DNA from: an uncultured delta proteobacterium
GTDB lineage: Bacteria > Desulfobacterota > Zymogenia > Zymogenales > Zymogenaceae
DNA: 64,000 nucleotides
Direction: 5' to 3'
Assembly: GCA_963792965.1 (NCBI GenBank)
Contig: CAWBYW010000013.1
Coordinates: 128,001 to 192,000 of the forward strand
The notes below the pieces were generated by a model. The model ran no database searches. It was not told the DNA's origin and saw only the letters and a list, made by a program, of their open reading frames with translations. Every line of letters starts with the position of its first letter. Position 1 is the first letter of the stretch. Shown piece after piece: positions 10,871 to 20,573 of this stretch. Made by a program: the position numbers and the translations under genes.

Positions 10871-12051
10871 ATGAACAGAGCGGCGATTACCTCATACCTC
10901 TCGATCCTTTGCTACGGAATGTGCATCACCATCATCGGCCCCGCGCTTGGGGCTGTGGGAGAGACCTTTTCGCTTTCCCCCGCGCGGCTGGGCCTCTTCA
11001 CGACGGTGCTCTCGGCGGGTCTCCTCCCGGCGGTCCTGCTCGGTGGGTATGCCGTCGATCGATATGGCGCCAAGGTCGTCGGAATCGCCGGCCAGGCATC
11101 GTTGACGGCGGGCCTCTCCTCTTTTCGGTTACGTCGAGCTTCCCCGTCGCCCTCTCGGCGTTCTTTCTGCTGGGGATCGGCGGAGGCAGCATTGAGATCG
11201 TTACCAATACTCTCGTCTCTGAGCTCCACCCGTATAAGCGTGCCTCGGCCCTCAACCTGCTGCACGCCTTCTACGGCATCGGGGCGCTTATGGGGCCGAT
11301 TCTCTCCGGGGCCCTCATCGATTCGGACGTGATGTGGCAGACGGGCTACTGGATTTTAGCGGCCCTCTCGGCCGCCGTGACGATGCTCGTGGTCCTTACC
11401 CGCTTTCCACCTCGGGTCTCCACCTCGGACAAGGTCGATTTTTCCGACTTTCTTACGATCGCCAAAACTCCGGCGGCGCTCCTCTTCGGGGCCGTCATTA
11501 TCGTATATATCGGCTCGGAGATGGGGATCACCTACTGGTCGGTGCTCTACCTGACCCAGCGCCATTCGCTCACGGTGCTCCTGGCTGGTTCCTTTCTCTC
11601 CTATTTCTGGGTGGCGATCACCGCGGGGAGGTTCGTGGTCTTTTTCATTGCGAAAAAGATCGGGGATCGTCTTCTCCTGCTGATCCTGGCCGCACTTGCG
11701 TTGCTGGCCTATGCGCTCTTTCTGGAGGCAGACCGTGGGTGGGTTTCCGGGCTCGGATTGACGCTGGTCGGCCTCTTCTTTTCCGGGATCTTCCCGACGG
11801 CCGTGGGGTTGGGTGTCAACCGGTTCTCCCATGTCCCCGGCACCATCACCGGCTTTCTCATGACCTTTATGGCCTGCGGGATGCTCATCTTTCCCTATAT
11901 CGTCGGTCTCATCACCAACGTATCCTCCCTCTTTTCGGGGATGCTTCTTATCCTCTTGCTCCTGGCATGCCTGACAATACTCACCGCCTTCGTCGCCCTG
12001 CAAAAGAGGCGGTTGGAATATGGCGCGCCGATCGACCGGTCCGCCCGTTAG
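10871..12051 (+). CDS. MFS transporter (FucP/glucose-mannose:H+ symporter-like); frameshift near 11115
   Basis: ORFs 10871..11332 and 10909..12051 join into one multi-TM protein with GYAVDRYGAK motif A and LNLLHAFYGIG. Confidence 0.8.
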
Positions 12052-12237
12052 GGGTGTGCCTCGATGACACGGGGTGTTTCCGAGAGGGGGAGAACGCAAG
12101 GCGGCTTCAGGCATGAGCAATCGTGTCGAAATACTCCCCCACGACCGTATCATCGACTGTTACCTCGAGCCGCCAATCGCCGGGATGAGCTGGAGGAAAT
12201 ACTTCTTGAGACCATGAGAAATTAGGAGACAGCTATT

Positions 12238-14793
12238 ATGAACGCTAAGCCGGCGCAAAAAGGGGTTATGAACCAACAGGAAGAGGACGCCCTCATTAAC
12301 GAAACGATGCTGGTCGGCATCGACCTTTTTAAGGCGCTCCTCGTCTTTTTCAAGGAAAGGATCAAGTACCCGTTTATCAAAAAGAAGGTAGGGGAGCTCG
12401 GGCCTAACGTCTATTTCGGCTATTCTGACCATCCGTTGGATGTGGACGCCACGCCGGTAATTACCCCCTTCTCCTTCCTACGCAAGAACCGCCGCAGAAG
12501 CGCTTCCTCGGTGCTCTCAGTTGGAATCAGGGAACGGTCAAAAAATTCGTTCACCTTTACTGCCAAGGGATACGACATCTACCGAGTGATCAACCGGGAT
12601 GTCATGTTCAGACACGAGTATCGAGTAGACGATAACACACGATATAAGGAGATGACGCTGAGGATCGATTTCCTCAGAGAAGACGTCTATCGCCTGAGAC
12701 TAAAAGAGGGGGTATCGGTCCCGGAAAACGACACGCCGATGATCCATCGGAACATATCCGATCCGTCGGTGCCGGTCGATTTCAGAGACGAGGGCGGTCA
12801 TTACACCCTAACTACTCCGAAACTCCGTCTCAAGATATACCGGGAGCGTTTTCGTATCGAAATATTCGATGGGGAAGGGAGGCTCATCACAGAATCGGGG
12901 AGCCAGACCAAAAATGAATTCCCCACTCCCTTTGACGCGTTTCCTCTTGGTTTCATAAAGGTCAAGAATCGGCAGAAGTATGGAATTGACTCATTCGTCC
13001 TTTACCCGGGGGAGGCCGTCTACGGGCTAGGCGAACACTTCGGTCCGGTCAACCACGTCGGTAAGACCATCGGCCAGTGGATCATCGAGGGTCTCGGTAA
13101 TACATCCGGGAGGGTTTACAAGAACGTCCCCTTCTTCATGAGCACCCAGGGGTACGGCGTCTTCATCAATGAGAGCAGGCCCATTACCTTCTGGATCGGC
13201 AGCAGGGAGACCTGCAAGAATATGTTTGCCGTCGAGGGTGACTTGATTGACTACTATTTCTTCTTCGGGCCTTCCTTAAAAAAGATTCTCAACACCTATA
13301 CCGACCTCACCGGCAAGCCCGCGATGCCGCCGAAGTGGTCCTTCGGTACCTGGATATCCCGTATCAGCTACTACTCCCAAAAGCAGGTGATGGCCGTCGC
13401 CGAGCGGCTTAGGAAGATGCAATTCCCTTCTGATGTCATCCACATTGATACCGGATGGTTTGATGTAGACTGGCGATGCGACTGGAAATTCAATGCGGAG
13501 CACTTCCCGGATCCAGCCGCTCTGTTCAAGGAGGCCCGGGAGATGGGATTCAGGATCTGTCTTTGGCAAATTCCCTATGTGCTGAAGGATACCGAGATCT
13601 ATAAGGACGCCAAGAAAAGAGGGATCCTTGCGCAAAAGAGGGGTCCCTTCGTGTTTCTTTTCCTGTATCCCGGCAGTCCGATCGACTTCTCGAATCCTGA
13701 AGGAGTCCGGTGGTACAAAGAGAGACTGCAGCATCTCCTCAGAATGGGCGCCGCCACAATTAAGGCTGATTTCGGCGAAGGCGTCGAGCCGTCTATGCGC
13801 TTTAAGCACTATGACGGCAGACAGATGCACAACCTCTATCCCCTTCTGTATCAGAAGGCCGGATTCGAGGCGATCGAGGAGACGTACGGAAAGGGCCAAG
13901 CCGTCATATGGGCTCGGGGCGGCTACGCGGGATGCCAGCGATATCCGATACACTGGTCGGGAGATAATTCGTCAAACCATGAGAACCTCTTGAGCTCGCT
14001 CCGCGGGGGCTTGAGTCTCGGCCTTTCCGGATTCAGTTTTTGGAGCCAGGACACCGGCGGATTTGTCGGTATCCCCTCCGACGTGGTGTACGTCCGCTGG
14101 ACGCAGCTGTCCATTTTTCAGTCTCACCTCCGTTTTCATGGGTGCCCCCCGAACTACAAAGAGCCGTGGAACTTCACTCCCGAGACACAGCGGATTGTTA
14201 GAGATTACCTGAACCTCCGTTATCGTCTGATCCCCTACCTCTACACCGAGGCCCAGGTCGCCGCTCAGGAGGGTCTGCCGATATTGCGTCACCTCGTCAT
14301 TGACTTTCAGGATGACCCGACGGTCTATAACATCGAAGATCAGTATATGTGCGGCAGACATATACTGGTCGCTCCGATCCTCACCAAGAATAACCATCGC
14401 TCGATCTATCTTCCCGATGGGTGCTGGTACGACTTCTGGACGGGAGAGCGCCTTGGAGGAAGGCAGTGGATCCATCGGGAAGCGGATATGAACACGATTC
14501 CCGTTTACGTCCGTGGTGGGATCGCACTTCCCCTCGCCAAGCCGGCCCAGAACACCGACGAACTTACTCATGACGGCATGAGCGTGCGTCTCTATCCGAA
14601 TGAGGAAGGCCAAGCCACCTATACCCTGATGGAGGAGAACGATCAGATAGGAGTAGGGGCGCATGTCTACAGGCAATCTGCGGAAGTGGAAATGAATCCG
14701 GAGCTGAGTAATGTAGTCATCGAGATCCCCGGAGTCGTGGAAATCTCGGATGTCAAGCTAAATAGCAGAAGAGTCGGATGGAATCATATCTAG
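12238..14793 (+). CDS. GH31 glycosidase (alpha-xylosidase YicI-like)
   Basis: YGLGE, YKNVPFFMS, the KADFGE nucleophile motif, HWSGD, WSQDTGGF, RFHG and EPW. Confidence 0.9.
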   Translation: MNAKPAQKGVMNQQEEDALINETMLVGIDLFKALLVFFKERIKYPFIKKKVGELGPNVYFGYSDHPLDVDATPVITPFSFLRKNRRRSASSVLSVGIRERSKNSFTFTAKGYDIYRVINRDVMFRHEYRVDDNTRYKEMTLRIDFLREDVYRLRLKEGVSVPENDTPMIHRNISDPSVPVDFRDEGGHYTLTTPKLRLKIYRERFRIEIFDGEGRLITESGSQTKNEFPTPFDAFPLGFIKVKNRQKYGIDSFVLYPGEAVYGLGEHFGPVNHVGKTIGQWIIEGLGNTSGRVYKNVPFFMSTQGYGVFINESRPITFWIGSRETCKNMFAVEGDLIDYYFFFGPSLKKILNTYTDLTGKPAMPPKWSFGTWISRISYYSQKQVMAVAERLRKMQFPSDVIHIDTGWFDVDWRCDWKFNAEHFPDPAALFKEAREMGFRICLWQIPYVLKDTEIYKDAKKRGILAQKRGPFVFLFLYPGSPIDFSNPEGVRWYKERLQHLLRMGAATIKADFGEGVEPSMRFKHYDGRQMHNLYPLLYQKAGFEAIEETYGKGQAVIWARGGYAGCQRYPIHWSGDNSSNHENLLSSLRGGLSLGLSGFSFWSQDTGGFVGIPSDVVYVRWTQLSIFQSHLRFHGCPPNYKEPWNFTPETQRIVRDYLNLRYRLIPYLYTEAQVAAQEGLPILRHLVIDFQDDPTVYNIEDQYMCGRHILVAPILTKNNHRSIYLPDGCWYDFWTGERLGGRQWIHREADMNTIPVYVRGGIALPLAKPAQNTDELTHDGMSVRLYPNEEGQATYTLMEENDQIGVGAHVYRQSAEVEMNPELSNVVIEIPGVVEISDVKLNSRRVGWNHI

Positions 14794-15072
14794 GAACTCG
14801 CCTGAGCAGCAGATATTTGTTCCAGACCCAGCATCTCCGTACATGAGATATAGCAGAGGTATTCTTCGTATACATCGGTATAAGTATCCTCGACAGTATA
14901 TCTGATGTAGTTCCTGGCGAGTTGACGGTTGAATGCCCCGGAAGCTGTTTCAGGTTCGTGATGTTCTTCGTGCTGGTAAGGAAGCAGACGGTAAAAGGAG
15001 CTGCGGAGCGTATCCGGGCGGACAAAAAGATAAGAATGAGTTAGGCACCCAAACCTGTAACTCCTTGAAACC

Positions 15073-15119
15073 TGGAGCCGGAGGGGAGGGTTGAACTCCC
15101 GACCTGATGATTACGAATC
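15073..15119 (-). repeat. att direct repeat: 47-bp 3' fragment of tRNA-Thr(CGT)
   Basis: TGGAGCCGGAGGGGAGGGTTGAACTCCCGACCTGATGATTACGAATC is identical to 38206..38252. Confidence 0.95.
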
Positions 15120-15371
15120 GCTTTCGGGGGGTTAGGCCAACCCATTGAAATGCATGGGAAAACGGCGTAACCCCTCATTTTTACTGAGAAACTCGTCTTT
15201 TCTTTGTTTTATCTGTTTCGGTCTATTTTGATCTATTTTGAGGTACAGTGGACACTATTTGGACACCATCAGTGATTAATACAGTTAGAAACAAGTATTC
15301 TAGCTACTGTATTTCAATGGAAGATATGCCGGGAATATGCCGCAAGCTCCCATCGTCCGACAGTCATCGCG

Positions 15372-16115
15372 CTATTGATATAGAAGGAGTATCAGCATCT
15401 TTCCGGGGCCATGGATTCCCCTGATGGCGGTGAGCGCGATATCGGCGGTCATGCTGGGACCGGTGACCAAGACGACGGCCGGTGGCCTGGGTGAAAGCTG
15501 GGATCGACCCTTCGTGTTTGTTTTCGGCTTCCCGAAATCGGCTGCCTGCCTCTCTGTGTATAATCCCTGATCGGTCATGCGCGACCAGAACTGATGAGTA
15601 TCGGTAATGATGTCGCGTACGGGAAGGAGGACGACATGGGCAAACGGCGCATGGGAAATGAGGCGGGAATAACCGCCGCCAAGGGAAAGCGCAACAGTCC
15701 CGGTCTCGGCGATGCCGCAGAGTGCGCCGGTAATTCCCACGTCAGAGGCAAAGCTCAACTCCCGATGCGCAGAGGCATCTTTACCCTGTACGGAAACCCG
15801 CAGACCAGCCGCCACGAGGGCCACTCCTATATCTGATGCTTTCACGATCCGCTCGCTGGAGAGAAACGCCGACGAAAACCCTAGCTTCTTCATGAACGAA
15901 ACCACCGCGGCAGCGGCTTTCTTCAGGTCGGGGATCTTCCTTACGATCGCGCCCGCAAAGACCGCGTGGTCGGAAAACTCCTTGACGAGGGTTTCAATCC
16001 CGATCGTTGAGTCCTCGGTCAGCTTGGGTTCTTGATGCGACCGAGTAAAAGGACGTGGGGCCGATTCCTTAAGCCTTTTGAGTATCGCTTGCCTGGCCGC
16101 CTGTGTATCATTCAT
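15372..16115 (-). CDS. lutC: Lactate utilization protein C (LUD domain)
   Basis: GIT.A..GIAETGT and VTGPSMTADI...GIHGP motifs; last gene of lutABC. Confidence 0.85.
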   Translation of the reverse strand: MNDTQAARQAILKRLKESAPRPFTRSHQEPKLTEDSTIGIETLVKEFSDHAVFAGAIVRKIPDLKKAAAAVVSFMKKLGFSSAFLSSERIVKASDIGVALVAAGLRVSVQGKDASAHRELSFASDVGITGALCGIAETGTVALSLGGGYSRLISHAPFAHVVLLPVRDIITDTHQFWSRMTDQGLYTERQAADFGKPKTNTKGRSQLSPRPPAVVLVTGPSMTADIALTAIRGIHGPGKMLILLLYQ

Positions 16116-17554
16116 GGTGCCTTCCCCATCATTTTTTCATGTTTCCTGAAACGATCGCGGAACGGGACCGCGGCGGGGAAGGGGAGATCCCGGTCTCGAG
16201 TAAAGCCACCCGCCTTTGTCGGGAGCTTTCTGATTTTGCCGTTGGTTTTCCACGGGAGGAGCGCCCACCGCATGAGTTTGCCCCCCAGTCTGAACCGCTT
16301 CTCGTCCCCCAGCCCCCACGCCCACAGGGAATGAACAATCCGTTCGGTGATTGGGGGCTTCTTTGCGCCGAATCGGGCTTCCCCGGTCGCGCGCTTTTCC
16401 CTGAGTTTTAAGAAAAGCTCCGGGTGGTCAATGCCCGCCGGACAGACCTCGGCGCATTTTCCGCAGAGCGTGCACGCGTGGTAGAGATCCTTGGCTCGAT
16501 CGAGGCCCAAGAAGAGCGAGTTGAGCAGCGCGCCGATCGGGCCCGAATATACCCAACCATATGCGTATCCCCCCACCTTACTCCATACAGGACAGGTATT
16601 GAGGCACGCCCCACACTTGATGCATTGCAGAACCTCCCTCACCTCGGGATCCTGATAGATCCGGCTGCGCCCGGCGTCGACGATGACTAAAATAAGCTCC
16701 TCCGGGCCGTCAATATCTCCCTTTTCCTTCGGTCGATCGATGAGCGAGATATAGCTCGAGATAGCCTGACCGGTACAACTCCTTGTGAGGAGTTTGAGCA
16801 TAAACAGGGCATCATCCATGGTTGGGACGATCTTCTCGATTCCCATAACCGCGACGTGCGTTTTGGGTGCAGACGTGGAGAATCTGATGTTTCCCTCGTT
16901 TTCGGCAAGGATTATGGTCCCGGTCTCGGCGACCGCCATATTGACACCGGTGACACCCATCTGAGCGCGCTTGAATTTATCCCTCAGAAACGTTCGTGCC
17001 TGCATCCCCAACCCGTTCAGATCGAGGGTCCTTTCCACCCCCATCACACGCGCGAAAAGGTCTGCGATCTCCTCGGTAGGCATATTGAGGGCGGGACCCA
17101 CGATATGAAACGGCGGACGATGGGCCTGCTGCACGATGAATTCACCGAGGTCGGTCTCGTATACGTCGATGCTGGACTCGACGAACAGCTCATTTAGTCC
17201 CATTTCCTCGGTTAGCATGGACTTCCCTTTTGTTACGGTCGTGACCCCCCGTTCTCGGGCGAGGTTGACGATAAGCTCACGGGCCTCTTTATGATCAGCG
17301 GCCCAGAATACGACACCGCCGTTCTTTATAACGTTCCGTTCGAATTGTTCGAGATAGGCCGGGAGGTTTCCCAGGGCCTCTCTCCTGATATCTCGCGCCC
17401 TGACCATGGCTGCGTCCGGATCCTTGAGCGTGGAAAAGGAATAGTCCCGTACGGCCGTGAAGATGAGACGGAGGCGGTTGAGGATGTCTCTCTGGGTGGC
17501 GTCTGCGATGCCCGACGCGGCCTTCTCGCGAAAATGCTCGACCTCTATCTTCAT
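16112..17554 (-). CDS. lutB: Lactate utilization protein B (LUD domain + 4Fe-4S)
   Basis: KSMLTEE, ETDLGE, ENEGN, CIKCGACLNTCP, CTLCGKCAEVCP. The start MKIEV at 17554 overlaps the lutA stop. Confidence 0.9.
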   Translation of the reverse strand: MKIEVEHFREKAASGIADATQRDILNRLRLIFTAVRDYSFSTLKDPDAAMVRARDIRREALGNLPAYLEQFERNVIKNGGVVFWAADHKEARELIVNLARERGVTTVTKGKSMLTEEMGLNELFVESSIDVYETDLGEFIVQQAHRPPFHIVGPALNMPTEEIADLFARVMGVERTLDLNGLGMQARTFLRDKFKRAQMGVTGVNMAVAETGTIILAENEGNIRFSTSAPKTHVAVMGIEKIVPTMDDALFMLKLLTRSCTGQAISSYISLIDRPKEKGDIDGPEELILVIVDAGRSRIYQDPEVREVLQCIKCGACLNTCPVWSKVGGYAYGWVYSGPIGALLNSLFLGLDRAKDLYHACTLCGKCAEVCPAGIDHPELFLKLREKRATGEARFGAKKPPITERIVHSLWAWGLGDEKRFRLGGKLMRWALLPWKTNGKIRKLPTKAGGFTRDRDLPFPAAVPFRDRFRKHEKMMGKAP

Positions 17555-18282
17555 CGGTCGCCTCCTGTCTGCGCGAGTAGCTCCGCTATATGGAGAACCT
17601 TTAACGGGAGGCCCCGCCGCTCGACGAATCCCCTGATGTTGAGGATGCATCCCGGCTCGCCGAGGACGAGAAACTCGGCGCCGCTGGCGACAACCCTACT
17701 CACCTTCTCCTCCACCATCGCGGTAGAGATGTCCGGATAGAGGGAAGAGAACTCTCCGCCGAAACCGCAGCAGACATCGTCTTCTGGAAGCGGAACGATC
17801 TCGATACCGCCAATATTCGAGAGAAGGGTCAGTGGACTCCGGTAGATGCCAAGCCCGCGCAGGATGTGGCAGGAGTGATGGTAGGCTACCTTATGGTGGA
17901 ACGACGCGCCTGCGCCGGTAAAGCCCATTACCGAAACGAGGAATTCGGAGAGCTCGTATACACGCTCCAAAAGCTCCCGGGCGCGCTTACCTGTGGTTCC
18001 GGTCGGGAAGAGTCTGGGGTATTGTTCTTTTACCGTGTGGACGCAGGAACCGGAGGGAGCGACGACGTAGTCTCTCCCGGAGAAGATGTCGATGAAGCGT
18101 TGAGCGATCTTTCGTGCCTCAAGGATCCTACCGGTATTGATGAGGGGCTGGCCGCAGCAGGTTTGGCGGGGGTCATAGTGGACGTCTGCTCCCGATCGAG
18201 AAAGGAGGCGCGTAGTTGCCTCGCCGATTTCAGGGAGAAACTGATCGACCAGGCAGGGGATAAAAAGGGATACCTTCTTCAT
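17551..18282 (-). CDS. lutA: Lactate utilization protein A (CCG domains)
   Basis: LFIPCLVD, QTCCGQP, PSGSC, YHHSCH, CCGFGG. Confidence 0.9.
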   Translation of the reverse strand: MKKVSLFIPCLVDQFLPEIGEATTRLLSRSGADVHYDPRQTCCGQPLINTGRILEARKIAQRFIDIFSGRDYVVAPSGSCVHTVKEQYPRLFPTGTTGKRARELLERVYELSEFLVSVMGFTGAGASFHHKVAYHHSCHILRGLGIYRSPLTLLSNIGGIEIVPLPEDDVCCGFGGEFSSLYPDISTAMVEEKVSRVVASGAEFLVLGEPGCILNIRGFVERRGLPLKVLHIAELLAQTGGDR

Positions 18283-18374
18283 GTCGGAACCCTCACGCTA
18301 TCTCATGATTTGCGTTCTCACATCGAGGGATCGTGCTCGTGATATATCATCGGAAGAATCGAAGAATCAGATGA

Positions 18375-18547
18375 ATGTTCGGTATTATCGAACATAATAT
18401 TGTGATGCTGAACGTATATCATATACGGAGCGGATGTCAAGAAAAATAGTACGGAGGAAAAACGATAATCCCGGTTAATTTTCTTGACATCGTTTTACGG
18501 TTGGTCTATGTTCAGTAATATCATATCATGTTCGATATCGTTGAACA
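18375..18547. promoter_or_regulatory. Divergent sigma70-type promoters with two TGTTC-N9-GAACA operators (likely IclR sites)
   Basis: Palindromes at 18376-18394 and 18529-18547. TTGACA on + at 18484 and on - at 18435-18440. Confidence 0.65.
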
Positions 18548-18572
18548 GTAATTGTGGGGGAGGCGTCTGCCC

Positions 18573-19367
18573 ATGAGCGTTCAGTCGGTACGCAAAGCCA
18601 TTGATATCCTTTCCATCTTTTCGCACGCCCAGCCGGAACTGGGGATCACCGAGATCAGCAAGAGCATCGGTCTGCCGAAGGCAACGGTCCACGGTATCGT
18701 GAAAACACTGGTGCAGCAGGGGTTCCTTGCCCAGGACGCACAGACTAATAAATACAGCCTTGGTCTGAGACTTTATGAACTGGGGACCATTCTCTCAGGT
18801 ACCCTTAAGATAAACCTCGTCGGACTTGGACCGGTCCACCGTCTGGCACAAAAACACTCTGTCATGGTACGGCTCGCGCTCTGGGACCAGGGGAGCGCCT
18901 TCGTTACGATGAACCGATTTCCCTCCACCGACGTGGCCCAAACGCAGATTTTAGGCCCCCGAATCCCCGCCCATTGCACCGCCCTCGGCAAATCCATACT
19001 CGCCTTTCTCCCTAAGGACGAGCTGCAGAGATATCTCGAATACGCCCAGCTCCCCCCCTATACTCCTCAAACCATCATCGGCAAGAAAAGCCTTCTGGAA
19101 GAGCTCGAACACATCCAGAAGACGGGTTTTGCCACGGATAACCAGGAGTATGTCACGGGACATTGTTGTATCGGCGCCCCTATTTTCGACCGAAAAGGAA
19201 ACCCCATAGCCGCCGTCAGCCTTTCGGTGCTACCTCCGGACCTTATCCAAAAACTACCTCCACCTCTCGTCTATGACCTGCTCCAGACTTCCGTCGAGAT
19301 TTCGATGTCTATGGGGTACACACCGACGGGGACTTCCAGAGTGATGGCGACTAAGACGTTACCGTAG
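18573..19367 (+). CDS. IclR-family transcriptional regulator
   Basis: VQSV.KA..IL and GLPKATVH HTH, G.R.PAHCTALGK, CIGAPIFD. GGAGG RBS precedes ATG 18573. Confidence 0.92.
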   Translation: MSVQSVRKAIDILSIFSHAQPELGITEISKSIGLPKATVHGIVKTLVQQGFLAQDAQTNKYSLGLRLYELGTILSGTLKINLVGLGPVHRLAQKHSVMVRLALWDQGSAFVTMNRFPSTDVAQTQILGPRIPAHCTALGKSILAFLPKDELQRYLEYAQLPPYTPQTIIGKKSLLEELEHIQKTGFATDNQEYVTGHCCIGAPIFDRKGNPIAAVSLSVLPPDLIQKLPPPLVYDLLQTSVEISMSMGYTPTGTSRVMATKTLP

Positions 19368-19439
19368 CGTATCCTTTATCGACGAGGGACGCCTGTCCCT
19401 TCATTGGGTGATACAGGAGTCTTTTCAAGGAGATATATA

Positions 19440-20561
19440 ATGCAGGTTCTTGGACCGAGCGAACTAATGCAAGATGTGGTTAATAGAGGTCTTTGTATCG
19501 GGTGTGGTGCCTGTGTGAATCTCTGCCCCTATTTTAAGAACTACATGGGTAAGACCGGAATGATATTTCCCTGCACGCTTGCTCAGGGACGCTGCTATGC
19601 GTTCTGCCCGAAAGCCGAGGTCAACCTTGCCGAGCTTTCGGAGGGTGTATTAGGGCTACCATACGACGGCTCGCCTCTCGGGAACTATCGAGAGGTTATG
19701 TCGGCCCGGGCCGGTAAACAAATCGCCGGAGGGACCTTCCAGGCGGGCGGTACCGTTTCTTCCCTGATCTCTTTTGCGCTCGCGACCGGATTTATCGACG
19801 GCGCCGTGCTGACCGATCAGGAGGGCCTGGTTCCCGTGCCGCGCTTTGTGACCACGGCCGAAGAGGTAGGGGCCTGTGCTTCCTCAAAGTATACGGCCGC
19901 CCCGACACTTGCGGCGCTTAACCAGGCGGTTAACACGGGCTACTCCAAGATAGGCGTGGTGGGCACGCCGTGCCAGATTATCGCAACGGCCAAGATGAGG
20001 TCAAATCCCTTTAAGCGAGAAGACTTCGCGGATCCGGTCGCCCTAGCCGTGGGGCTCTTCTGCACATGGGCGCTGGATACCCGGAGCCTGATTGGGTTCC
20101 TTTCAAAACGTATGGATATATCCGGGACCAGGGCGATGGATATCCCTCCGCCGCCCTCGGAGATATTGATCGTGAAAACGGTACATGATGAGGTGAGAAT
20201 CCCTCTGGGCGAAATTCGTCCCCTGATTCCCCAATCGTGCACCGTTTGCCCCGACATGACCTCTGAGTGGTCGGACATATCGGTCGGAGTCCTGGAAGGA
20301 AAACCGGAATGGAATACGCTCATCATCCGCACCGGGAGGGGCAAGGATATCGTCGATCGCGCTCTCCGGGAAGGGTATCTCGTTACGGAGGAAATGCCGG
20401 CGGATGGCCTTGACCATCTCCAGGAGGCGGCCCTCAATAAGAAAAAGCGAGCGTTGAAGAAGGCAAAGGAAGAGGGGCTGCTTAATACCGCAGACGGAGG
20501 AGGGACGCGCTCACTTTTAAGGGTTGCCGATGATGTAATCAAGAGAATCTCGGGACAATAG
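19440..20561 (+). CDS. FrhB/FdhB-family Fe-S flavoprotein with N-terminal ferredoxin motif
   Basis: CIGCGACVNLC, GGTVSSL, SKYT, VGTPCQ, GLFC, CTVCPD, DISVG, WNTLIIRT. Confidence 0.85.
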   Translation: MQVLGPSELMQDVVNRGLCIGCGACVNLCPYFKNYMGKTGMIFPCTLAQGRCYAFCPKAEVNLAELSEGVLGLPYDGSPLGNYREVMSARAGKQIAGGTFQAGGTVSSLISFALATGFIDGAVLTDQEGLVPVPRFVTTAEEVGACASSKYTAAPTLAALNQAVNTGYSKIGVVGTPCQIIATAKMRSNPFKREDFADPVALAVGLFCTWALDTRSLIGFLSKRMDISGTRAMDIPPPPSEILIVKTVHDEVRIPLGEIRPLIPQSCTVCPDMTSEWSDISVGVLEGKPEWNTLIIRTGRGKDIVDRALREGYLVTEEMPADGLDHLQEAALNKKKRALKKAKEEGLLNTADGGGTRSLLRVADDVIKRISGQ

Positions 20562-20573
20562 GAGGCAGCACGC

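Noticed and set aside
14753-15025. 90-aa minus-strand ORF next to the att site as an integrase/excisionase remnant
   Set aside because: No recognisable motifs or RBS in the frames I read.
15073-15119. Second tRNA-Thr gene
   Set aside because: It lacks the 5' acceptor strand and D arm; it is an att duplicate.
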